Notes under the pieces: model-generated | The model's input: only the letters and a program-made list of their open reading frames with translations | Databases searched by the model: none | What the model was told of the DNA's origin: nothing | Translations under genes and position numbers: made by a program | From: an uncultured Candidatus Saccharibacteria bacterium | GTDB lineage: Bacteria; Patescibacteriota; Dojkabacteria; B142; JAFGMG01 | Direction: 5' to 3' | Assembly: GCA_964444125.1 (NCBI GenBank) | Contig: CAYUFB010000002.1 | Location: 9,075-73,074, forward strand | Length of the DNA stretch: 64,000 nt | Shown: one piece after another, positions 40,374-49,227 of the stretch | How the letters are laid out: every line of letters starts with the position of its first letter | Numbering within the stretch: position 1 is the stretch's first letter

Positions 40374-41420
40374 TTAGTTAGACTTTCCTTTTAGCTTCCT
40401 TTTCCAATTTTCAAACTTCTCATAATAATGAGTGAAGTTGTATTTGAAGCTTACCGGTATGTCTCTAGCATGGATCCACTTTTCTGCACGTCCTCCAAAT
40501 CCCACCTTAAATAGTCCAAGTCCAGCCCATGGGTCTTCCATGTCAAGTTCGTTTTTTTCATTTAATGGTAGTCCCCAGAAATTGTGTTTCTCTAAACCAC
40601 GTTTCTTTGCTTCTTTAATTGCTTCCCACTGCATCAGATAGCTGGCAGGGATTTTTTGATACTCGCTTAAACTTCCTGAGTGATGATAAACACTTTGATT
40701 ATTGTAGAAATTAAATATGGCAGAAGCTATGTATTTGCCTTCATATTTTGCAAGAAATAGAACATTTTGATCGTCTTCTAAAAAAGCTTCAAATTCATGC
40801 TTTATATAATCAAATGAATATGCTGTCCATTTGTGCCTTTGTACAGTATCTTGGAATATCTCCCAAAAAATTTCCAGTTTGCCTAGATCTTTCGTTTGTT
40901 CAATAGTCACACCCATTTTTGTCGCTTTGCGAATTAAGTATCTGGTGTTTTTGCGCATACTTTGCAGTAGGCTTTCCTCTGTGTCGTTTAGATCAAGAAC
41001 CCATGTTTCTTCCGCATCAATCCCATGCATTTGGGATTTTTTTGTTTCGGTTTCTAATATTTTTGAATTTTCGATTAATGGGCTGATTCTTACAAACCAT
41101 GCACCTTCATTTTTTGCCACTTGTTTTAGCTCGCCTATTACAAACTCTACCAATCTAGTATCCTGCCAGTTTATAACTGGGCCATGTCTAAAATGGAGAT
41201 ACTTGCCTCTTCTTGCTTCAACCTTCGTTCCAAGTGCAACCCCAATTAAATTGTCGTTCTCATAAATACCTAAGCGAAAAATTTTTTGTTTTTGGCTTAT
41301 TAGAAAATTTCCCCAATTCCATGATTGAATAAATGAGGTAGGGGAGGTCGTTTTTCCTGCATTGTTTGTTATAAATTCTTCCCAATTCTTTTTGTCTTCA
41401 ATTTCTTTAATTAAATACAT
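40374..41420 (-). CDS. FemABX-family peptidoglycan bridge aminoacyltransferase (second copy)
   Basis: FIQSWNWG, HGPV, KNTRYLIRKA, YLMQWEAI, NFWG, FKVGFGG. Confidence 0.9.
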   Translation of the reverse strand: MYLIKEIEDKKNWEEFITNNAGKTTSPTSFIQSWNWGNFLISQKQKIFRLGIYENDNLIGVALGTKVEARRGKYLHFRHGPVINWQDTRLVEFVIGELKQVAKNEGAWFVRISPLIENSKILETETKKSQMHGIDAEETWVLDLNDTEESLLQSMRKNTRYLIRKATKMGVTIEQTKDLGKLEIFWEIFQDTVQRHKWTAYSFDYIKHEFEAFLEDDQNVLFLAKYEGKYIASAIFNFYNNQSVYHHSGSLSEYQKIPASYLMQWEAIKEAKKRGLEKHNFWGLPLNEKNELDMEDPWAGLGLFKVGFGGRAEKWIHARDIPVSFKYNFTHYYEKFENWKRKLKGKSN

Positions 41421-41423
41421 TTA

Positions 41424-43223
41424 TTAATTTGTGATAATTAGTTTAATTAATTGTGGAGAAAATCGACCTTCAATTAGTATATTGTCACCTTCTTTAACTA
41501 TGTTGTTTAGGAGTTTAACAATATCTAATTCTTGAGTTATGTGATATGTTTCAAAGTCCGCACTAGTATTTTTTATCTCTTCTATTAGTTCGATATCTGT
41601 AGAAATCAACACATCCGAATCTTTGATGATATTTTGCGCAAGTTCTTTGTAGGCTGTTTTTTTGAAACTACCAAGTTCAATTATACCTTTTGTGATAACA
41701 AGTCTCTTTCCTTTGGTTTTGCTAAGAAGTTTTAGTGCTGATTTGAAGCCTTCTGGGTTTGTGTTATAACTATCGTCTAATACATCGGATTTGTTTATTC
41801 CGATTTTCCAAGTTAAGTGTAATTTCTCAAAATTGATTGTCTTGAGTTTGTTTGCGATCTCTTTTGTATCCATGCCCAGTTCGATTGCGACTCCAACAGC
41901 TGCTAGGGCATTTGAGATGTTGTGTCTGATTGATGTTTTGACTTCGGTTGGGTATTCAACATCTTTGTAGCGAATAACAAAGCTAAAGCCATCATCCTTT
42001 GGCGTTATGTTTTTTGCATAAAGCATGCCTTTTGCTGGATCAGGAAACTCAGTTTTTGACTCAGGTTCAAATGAATGCGCTATTTCAGTTTCCTCGTCGA
42101 TAGTATAGTACATCAATTTGCGTTTTGTAGTTTTGGTTGCCATCTGTAGACAATGTTGGTTGTTTGCATTAAATATCGCCAATCCTTCTTGTTTTAAGTT
42201 CTCAACTATTTCGTTTTTTGCCTTGACCAGATTTGACATGGATCCAAAAAGAGAGAGATGTTGAGGAGTGATACCAGTTACAATTGATATGTCCGGAACC
42301 AACAAATTTGTTGATTGAGCAATTTCACCTTTCTTGTATGCACCCATTTCTGCAATAAATACCTCGGTCTCTGCTTTCAGATTTCGAATAATTGACTCTG
42401 CTACACCGACTGTGGAGTTAAAGTTCTCGTCGGTTTTGGCTGTTTTGAAGCTATCCTTGATAAGTTCGTATACAATTTCTTTTGTGCTTGATTTGCCATA
42501 GCTCCCAGTGATAGCAATCACCTTAAATCCTTTGTGTGCAGTTACTTTTGCTTTTGCACTTTTGATAGTTTTTTTCCTTTTGTATTGCGCAAGAGGTTCG
42601 GTCATCACTGCCCAAAATGCAACTGGAAAAGGGGAGGCTAGATCCATACCCAAGACCAAAATATTTGTGAGCATAAGGATGGCAATTGCTAGTGGGATTC
42701 TTTGAATATCATAGTCGTCATCAGTTTGGATCAAAATATCATCGAATCCAACAATTTGGTAGTCTAGTTTTTCTTCAACTTTCTCGATCTCTGGTCTTTG
42801 ATATATTTCATAAATTGTTTTGATTGGTATGAAAAGAGGCAACACCAGAGTTATAAATGCAAGTAGGGTAATCAATAGATTTCTGATGCTTTTTTTGGGG
42901 CGAACTAGTTTGCTGGAAAGAATATCTTGTAATCTATCAAGGCCTTCGAAAATGTAGGTCGCAAATGTAAGGACAGGAATGATCAATAAATAGTTTGACG
43001 GGACAAAAAAGAATGCCAGAGAAAAGCTAAAGAGAATTAGTTGAACAAAGTTAATTAGTACTGATCTATAGCTTTTGGCCTCGTGATATTTGAGGTATGA
43101 CACAATCCGATCTACTCTATATTCCTTGATCTGCCAAATATAGGTGTCATGGAAGATATTTCTAATGACAACCAGTATTGCCGGCAAGGAAAAAAATATT
43201 ACTAGTAGTATAAGTCCAGTCAT
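41424..43223 (-). CDS. murF: MurF-like Mur ligase with N-terminal membrane domain
   Basis: AITGSYGKSSTKE, NFNSTVG, FIAEMGAYKKGEI, QHLSLF, DDSYNTNPEG, GIIELG; about 200-aa hydrophobic N-terminus with WQIKEYR. Confidence 0.88.
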   Translation of the reverse strand: MTGLILLVIFFSLPAILVVIRNIFHDTYIWQIKEYRVDRIVSYLKYHEAKSYRSVLINFVQLILFSFSLAFFFVPSNYLLIIPVLTFATYIFEGLDRLQDILSSKLVRPKKSIRNLLITLLAFITLVLPLFIPIKTIYEIYQRPEIEKVEEKLDYQIVGFDDILIQTDDDYDIQRIPLAIAILMLTNILVLGMDLASPFPVAFWAVMTEPLAQYKRKKTIKSAKAKVTAHKGFKVIAITGSYGKSSTKEIVYELIKDSFKTAKTDENFNSTVGVAESIIRNLKAETEVFIAEMGAYKKGEIAQSTNLLVPDISIVTGITPQHLSLFGSMSNLVKAKNEIVENLKQEGLAIFNANNQHCLQMATKTTKRKLMYYTIDEETEIAHSFEPESKTEFPDPAKGMLYAKNITPKDDGFSFVIRYKDVEYPTEVKTSIRHNISNALAAVGVAIELGMDTKEIANKLKTINFEKLHLTWKIGINKSDVLDDSYNTNPEGFKSALKLLSKTKGKRLVITKGIIELGSFKKTAYKELAQNIIKDSDVLISTDIELIEEIKNTSADFETYHITQELDIVKLLNNIVKEGDNILIEGRFSPQLIKLIITN

Positions 43224-43389
43224 TATTTTTTATAAAATTATATGCTAAGTATAGCAGTAAGTAATTTGTTCGACTAGACAGATTTATTAGTAACATTATC
43301 TTTTTATTTTGCTGCTTGTCGTTAGCGTATGGTAATTAGTTTTGCTCTGTGCTAGTATTCATGTATTATTTAATTATTAAATTAGTGTT

Positions 43390-43698
43390 ATGGTAGAAGT
43401 AGTAGCGGCTGAAAAAGTCGAAGCAAAAGTAGTAAATGAAAGTTCCAATGGGACAGCGGATTTGATGGCACTTGGTTCTCTTATTCTAGGTATAATCAAT
43501 CTTTGTTCATGGTGTATTCCTTTCTGTGGATGCCCAATGTCAATAATTGGACTAGTATTAGGATTTCTTGGATTGAAGTCAAAAAAGAATGCAATGTTTG
43601 CAAAGGTTGGTATCGTATTGTCAGGTTTGGGACTTCTAGCATCAATAGTAAATGGAATTGCTGGAGTTGTACTAAATACATCAACTTTTTCATTCTAA
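43390..43698 (+). CDS. Small membrane protein (DUF4190-like)
   Basis: SLILGII, IIGLVLGFLGL, AKVGIVLSGLG pattern. Confidence 0.75.
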   Translation: MVEVVAAEKVEAKVVNESSNGTADLMALGSLILGIINLCSWCIPFCGCPMSIIGLVLGFLGLKSKKNAMFAKVGIVLSGLGLLASIVNGIAGVVLNTSTFSF

Positions 43699-43724
43699 AA
43701 TTTGATAATTAAATCAACTTAAAT

Positions 43725-43757
43725 AAAGCAGCCCAGGAAACTCGGTTGCTTTTTTTT
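43725..43757 (+). terminator. Intrinsic terminator
   Basis: AAAGCAGCC...GGTTGCTTT followed by T-run. Confidence 0.7.
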
Positions 43758-43777
43758 ATATATAATTTGTTAATCAT

Positions 43778-44344
43778 ATGATGGACCCAGATAAGCCAGT
43801 TAGAATAGATGAACATTCCAGAAATATTTGGAGTCCGGAAAAAACGACTCCACAAGACTTTGTTAATTCTTTTATTGGTGCCTTGAATGCTAGACAGGAG
43901 CATATATTCTACAAGAACTATCCGCAAAATGAGCAGGTTGGATTGGTAGATGCACAGATATTATCGAAAATAATTAATCAGTATGTCTTGCTTCGGTATC
44001 CAGATGTGTCTTTTAATGAAGTGGAAAGGGAAGATATTGGGGAAATAGTCCAAGAGGCTAATCGACTTCTCCCGATGGAATTTAATGACTGGGTCGATGG
44101 TTGTTTGATGCCTTTTGGGAACAAGAGATCTAGAGGAAAGAAATATTTTGCAAATATAGTTTCAGGTTGTATGGTTGATGGATCGCATGAACCTTTTTCT
44201 GATGAAGACAAAGCCCTAGCATTAAGATCATGGCTTATTGAAGTAGATAGATTTGTAGAAGATCATATTGGTGAGTTTGATAAACAGATGAGGATATTTA
44301 ATCAACAAACTCCTTTATTAGTTGCGCAATCTTTTTTGGATTAG
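43778..44344 (+). CDS. Hypothetical protein
   Basis: 188-aa ORF; 3' end overlaps the convergent hydrolase gene. Confidence 0.6.
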   Translation: MMDPDKPVRIDEHSRNIWSPEKTTPQDFVNSFIGALNARQEHIFYKNYPQNEQVGLVDAQILSKIINQYVLLRYPDVSFNEVEREDIGEIVQEANRLLPMEFNDWVDGCLMPFGNKRSRGKKYFANIVSGCMVDGSHEPFSDEDKALALRSWLIEVDRFVEDHIGEFDKQMRIFNQQTPLLVAQSFLD

Positions 44345-45038
44345 TCAAAGGGATGCCATGGCTTCCTTCGATAATTTCTAATTTTGAGTTTAGAATTAGT
44401 TTATGTAGTTTCTGACCCATGGCAAGTGGGGTTACTTTATCATCTTTGCCCCAGATTATAAGTGTTGGAATTTGGATTCTTTTGAAATTTTCTTCCAAAT
44501 CTTCGTTTGTAACTCTTCTGAACTGTTCTTGAGTCTTGGAAGAATCTACATAATCTCTTTCTCTAATTATATAGTAATAAATGAATTTTCGAAGTTTTGA
44601 TTCAAGATTTGTAGGTAAAACGGACAAAATGAACTTGAAAATTTTTGAAAAAGGTAATAATGTTTTTGCTTTTAGAGTTTTGTATCTTAACCCAGAAGAA
44701 GAGCAGAGTATAATCTTCTCTACACTAATTTCATCGTTACTTGCAATAAATCCAACCAAGCTACCACCAAAGGAATGGCCAAATAATATGAATTCTTTTT
44801 CTTTCACATACTCTTTGATGAAGTCTTCTACAAATTCTGCATAATCTTTGACGCCCCAGTAACTAGGTGGAGCAGGGGATACTCCAAATCCTGGTAATTC
44901 TAGGTTGTATACTTTGAATCTAAGCTTGGCTAACTCGTTTTGGAGTGCGCTCAAGCTTTTTATGCTGGCATTCTTGGCCCACCCATGAATGAGAATTATC
45001 GCTTTGCCAGTTCCTTTTATTGTGTAGTTTGTCTGCAT
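44298..45038 (-). CDS. Alpha/beta hydrolase
   Basis: IHGW, LPGFG, GHSFGG, PTLIIWGKDD, catalytic His in GSHG. Confidence 0.93.
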   Translation of the reverse strand: MQTNYTIKGTGKAIILIHGWAKNASIKSLSALQNELAKLRFKVYNLELPGFGVSPAPPSYWGVKDYAEFVEDFIKEYVKEKEFILFGHSFGGSLVGFIASNDEISVEKIILCSSSGLRYKTLKAKTLLPFSKIFKFILSVLPTNLESKLRKFIYYYIIRERDYVDSSKTQEQFRRVTNEDLEENFKRIQIPTLIIWGKDDKVTPLAMGQKLHKLILNSKLEIIEGSHGIPLTNPKKIAQLIKEFVD

Positions 45039-45108
45039 AGTGCCTTAAGTATACAGTTTGTACAAACGCATGTACAAGAAATTGTGTGCATTTGATAGGT
45101 GCACACAA

Positions 45109-45137
45109 TTGACAAAATGTACAAAATACCTTATCAT
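45109..45137 (+). promoter_or_regulatory. Sigma70 promoter of rpsO
   Basis: TTGACA-17 nt-TATCAT. Confidence 0.75.
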
Positions 45138-45213
45138 TATTTTGACTTTTACTTTGGTAGGTATGCAGCCAGCATCTTACTGAGGTTTTAGATTAATTGT
45201 TACAAAAAATATT

Positions 45214-45486
45214 ATGGCAGTAGATAACACAAAGAAAGCTGAGATAATCAAGAAATATCAGCAATCAGATAGTGATACAGGATCCCCTCAAGTTCAGATT
45301 GCTTTATTGACACAAAAAATCAATGATTTGGCTAGTCACTTGAAGACTCACAAAAAAGATAAGCATTCTAGAAGAGGTTTGATTGTCATGGTTGGAAAAA
45401 GAAGAAAATTAATCAAGTATCTTGAGAGAAAAGAAGGATCAGTTGTCGTTTCTAAGCTTCTTAGAGATTTGGGATTAGAAAAATAA
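45214..45486 (+). CDS. rpsO: 30S ribosomal protein S15
   Basis: [33 protein letters not shown]. Confidence 0.98.
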   Translation: MAVDNTKKAEIIKKYQQSDSDTGSPQVQIALLTQKINDLASHLKTHKKDKHSRRGLIVMVGKRRKLIKYLERKEGSVVVSKLLRDLGLEK

Positions 45487-45508
45487 TCAATAGTTAGTAG
45501 AAATTATC

Positions 45509-45537
45509 AAGACCCGGCGAATCGCTGGGTCTTTTTT
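45509..45537 (+). terminator. Intrinsic terminator after rpsO
   Basis: AAGACCCGGCG-AAT-CGCTGGGTCTTTTTT. Confidence 0.85.
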
Positions 45538-45588
45538 GTTTGAAATTTGATTTTGATATAGACTGTAGTTGATATTATTTTCAAATAA

Positions 45589-46704
45589 TTGAAAGTTCTT
45601 TGGAAAACAACACAATCTAATAAACCAATAGTTAGGCACAGGCCAAAACGTTTCTCATTTAGGCCGAATATCAAGCCAAGGATCAAAATTGACAAAAGAA
45701 GCGCGGGTAGATTTAGAAGAAAGCTTACAATTTTTACTCCACTTTTGCGTATTATCAAGTCCAATTTTCAATATGTTTTGATTGTTTTTTCTTTGCTTAT
45801 TATCGGGTTGTTTTTTTATGGGATCTTTCAGACAAATGTATTTGATGTCAAAAAGATTAGAATAGAGGGGGTTGAAAATGTGGATAGGGAAAGATTGGCT
45901 GAAGTTGTCGGTAAGTATAAGGATAGAAACATCTATTCAATAAATCTATCGGATATTGAGGACGAGGTTTTGAATTCCTCTGTTTATATAAAAAATGTCT
46001 ATGCTAGAAAACAATTGCCTTCCACAATTATCATTGAAATTAAAGAAAGGTATCCAACTCTTGTTATTCTAAATTTTGATGGTGTGTATCTTATCGATGC
46101 AGAAAACATTGTAACTTCAAACCCTATAAATCAATCGATAGATTTTAGTGAGGACGAATGGTACGTCTATCATACAAATTCACTTGATAATTTGATTATC
46201 AAAAATAGGATAATGGCTAATTTGAAAGAGGGAGATCCGGAATTTGACGAAGAGTCGTTTGATTATGAAAATTATGATGTTACCATCAAGCAACGGATCA
46301 AAAACGAAATAAAGCAGGAGATGGATCAGGCTATTGCTGCGCATTTCTCATCTCTTGAACAGGTAGTCAATGAAAGTGAGTATGCAGGACTTCCAAGAGT
46401 CTATTTTTATGATGGTGGTAGCTACAATCAAGAAGATAGGTTAGTGCTTGATCAGATCACTGATGTAGAAAAAGTGGTCAAATATTTTGAGAGGCTTGAT
46501 AGGTATTCAATCACAAAAATTGCCTGGGTGACCAAATTTAGCTTGAAAGTAGAAACCTTAGAAGGTAAGATATTTATGTTTGGAGATAATAGAGATATTG
46601 ATAAGCAGATAGACGACCTTGATGTGATACTTGTCGAACTGTCCTTAAGTGGCAAAGATTTCACAACAATCAATCTCCAAAGTGAAATCATTGGGGTTAA
46701 ATAA
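45589..46704 (+). CDS. ftsQ: Cell division protein FtsQ/DivIB
   Basis: Basic N-terminus, single TM, POTRA domain (FDVKKIRIEG..RKQLPSTIIIEIKER), upstream of ftsA-ftsZ; start uncertain. Confidence 0.8.
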   Translation: MKVLWKTTQSNKPIVRHRPKRFSFRPNIKPRIKIDKRSAGRFRRKLTIFTPLLRIIKSNFQYVLIVFSLLIIGLFFYGIFQTNVFDVKKIRIEGVENVDRERLAEVVGKYKDRNIYSINLSDIEDEVLNSSVYIKNVYARKQLPSTIIIEIKERYPTLVILNFDGVYLIDAENIVTSNPINQSIDFSEDEWYVYHTNSLDNLIIKNRIMANLKEGDPEFDEESFDYENYDVTIKQRIKNEIKQEMDQAIAAHFSSLEQVVNESEYAGLPRVYFYDGGSYNQEDRLVLDQITDVEKVVKYFERLDRYSITKIAWVTKFSLKVETLEGKIFMFGDNRDIDKQIDDLDVILVELSLSGKDFTTINLQSEIIGVK

Positions 46705-46721
46705 TATACAATTTTTTTATT

Positions 46722-47663
46722 TTGAGTATGAAAAAATATTTGTGTTTATTGTTGATATTGATAGTGGTTGGGTTCGGATCATTTGCAAATATGGTTTTGG
46801 CACAGGAGGCGTCTGATATAATACGGCTAACTTGTACTGAAATCTATGGGAAAAACTTAGAAAGACTTGAATGTAGCGATGATTCAATCTGTAATAGTGA
46901 AAAAAGTTACTACTTGGATAATCATGATGGCAAGTGCGAGATCGCTGCTGGTGATTGTAGGCCAGGCTAACTTGTATGTAAAAATGCTGAATCTATACAA
47001 GGTTTTTTCGAATATTGTTGTGATACAAATCCATCATCTCTGTTTGATCCTAATAACACGAATATTCCTATTGAGGATAGGGTATCTTGTAATGATGATA
47101 AATTGAAAAAGTCAATTAGTGCTGAAAGTAGTCTTGATCAGGGGATGAAGGTAAATAATTGTAGGTCATTGTCTAGTGCAGAAGATGTAAACAATATTAC
47201 GAAATGCGATTTTGAACATTTTTGCTCAATTGATAATTCTCCATATTGTTGTGATTATACCCCACCAGGCACGCAAGTAGTAGATTCAGTCTCAGAAGAC
47301 TCATTTAAGTGGTGTAAGGATATGGATGGAGAAGAATTGCAGAGATGTTCGGAATGTATAGGAACAAGATCAAATCCAACAGGGGCGATATGGACGGAGC
47401 TTGGATGTATTGACCCATCTCCAGCAGGGATCATAACGAGGATATTCTAGATAGGTATAGGAATTATGGGAGGAGTGATAATAATCAGGTTGATACAGAT
47501 TTCGTTGTTATACTTGAAAGAAGATGCGCAGAGTATAGAGGAGGCAAGAGATATGCTAACAAGTTTGATAATGGGATTAATATTATTGGTAGGAGGAGTA
47601 GTGTTATTACAATTTGTGGGAGTAAATATCCTAGGACTTCCTGAGGGTTATCTTGGAGGTTAA
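46722..47663 (+). pseudogene. Cys-rich exported protein with C-terminal pilin-like double-TM domain, interrupted by two in-frame stops
   Basis: ORFs 46722-46970, 47103-47450 and 47466-47663 share one frame; stops are TAA 46968-46970 and TAG 47448-47450; C-terminus is paralogous to 58240-59358. Confidence 0.85.
47285..47663 (+). repeat. Dispersed repeat copy A (paralogue of 58980-59358)
   Basis: 47369-47485 matches 59064-59180 except one C>T; flanks differ mainly at third codon positions. Confidence 0.92.
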
Positions 47664-47861
47664 ATATTGATAATTGTCAACAATTCCAAATCGGTTCTTT
47701 AAATATTTTCATAATTGCTCTAATATTTATTTTGTTTTATTAAGTACAACAGGCAAATTTTGAGTGAAGAATAATTTAATACAGATAGTTGATTGTTGTT
47801 ATTAATTAAATTATACTACTTACAAGCAAAAAGTTTTTTTATAAGAATTTTTTAATCAATT

Positions 47862-49142
47862 ATGGCAAACAGAATAGTTACAGCGATAGATATTGGCTCT
47901 ACAAAGATTTGCACTACAATTGCTTCAATAGAAGAAGACAGGCAACCATCAGTAATTGGCGTTGCAAGTTATCCAAGTAATGGTATGAAGAAAGGCGTGG
48001 TGGTCAATATAGACGAAGCAATCAATGCAATAGCTTCATCTTTGGAGGCAGCAGAGAGAATGGCAGGGCTTACAGTTTCTTCAGTGTATATTTCCATAAA
48101 CGGCAAACATATTACAAGTACCAATAACAAAGGGGTTGTTGCTGTTGCGCAAGATGAGATAGTTACTGATGATGTGTTTAGGGCTATTGAGAGTGCAAGA
48201 ACGGTATCAATACCTCCTTCAAGAGAGATATTGCACGTTATCCCTAGAGAATTTATTGTTGATGCGCAAGGGGGTATCAAAGATCCAGTAGGGATGACAG
48301 GTACCAGGCTTGAGGTTGATGCTCATATAGTATCTGCAACTAGCACCTCTTTGCATAACTTGATTAAATGTGTGCAACAATTAGGTCTTAAGGTTGAAGA
48401 TGTTGTTTTTAGCGGATGGGCAGCTGCAACAAGCGTATTAACTGCAACAGAAAAAGAACTTGGAGTTACATTGCTTGATATCGGTGGTGGTACAACTTCA
48501 ATTACAACTTTTGTCGAGGATGCTATTACATATAGTGGATGCATTCCTTTTGGAGGTACTAACGTAACTAGTGATTTGGCTATTGGACTTCGGGTATCAT
48601 TAGAAGATGCAGAGAGAATCAAGTTGAACACAGAAGAACTGATGAGAAGTTCTGCAAGAAGAAGAACTGAAGATAAAGAAAAAGATGAAGAAAAATCCAA
48701 AAAGCAAAGCGATATTATCGATATTAGTTCACTAGAAGTTGAAGGAATGAAAACTATTTCAAGAAAAATGTTTGAAGATATTATTGAGGCTAGATTAAGT
48801 GAAATATTTGATCTTATTATTGATCAAGTAGAACAATCTGATAATGAGATCAAATTACCAGCAGGTATTGTTCTTACTGGTGGAGCAGCTTTGATCCCAG
48901 GCATTACAACTATTGCAAAGAAAGTTTTTGGGGTACCTGCAAGAGTGGGCTATCCGAAAGGACTTGAAGGCTTGATTGATGAAATCAATAGCCCTGCTTA
49001 TGCAGTAAGTCAAGGTCTGATTCTTTATGGATCACAGGATGAATCAGGTGGCAGAAACTTAGGTATCTCAGGAAGTGTTGGAGACAAGGGTGATGGATTT
49101 GTATCCAAGATTGGAAGTTTCTTTAAAAATTTATTGCCATAA
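47862..49142 (+). CDS. ftsA: Cell division protein FtsA
   Basis: AIDIGSTKI, GMKKGVVVNI, DPVGMTGTRLE, LDIGGGTT, GIVLTGG. Confidence 0.97.
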   Translation: MANRIVTAIDIGSTKICTTIASIEEDRQPSVIGVASYPSNGMKKGVVVNIDEAINAIASSLEAAERMAGLTVSSVYISINGKHITSTNNKGVVAVAQDEIVTDDVFRAIESARTVSIPPSREILHVIPREFIVDAQGGIKDPVGMTGTRLEVDAHIVSATSTSLHNLIKCVQQLGLKVEDVVFSGWAAATSVLTATEKELGVTLLDIGGGTTSITTFVEDAITYSGCIPFGGTNVTSDLAIGLRVSLEDAERIKLNTEELMRSSARRRTEDKEKDEEKSKKQSDIIDISSLEVEGMKTISRKMFEDIIEARLSEIFDLIIDQVEQSDNEIKLPAGIVLTGGAALIPGITTIAKKVFGVPARVGYPKGLEGLIDEINSPAYAVSQGLILYGSQDESGGRNLGISGSVGDKGDGFVSKIGSFFKNLLP

Positions 49143-49227
49143 GCTTGAACAAAACGACGAAATTGTCTAGACTATGTGTAGTTTCGAGACAGAGAATTTA
49201 TAAATTAATGTTTAATAAATATAATCA

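Noticed and set aside
46867-47106. Separate 79-aa gene or frameshift in the pilin pseudogene
   Set aside because: The main frame continues through a single TAA with Cys-rich coding, so no frameshift is needed
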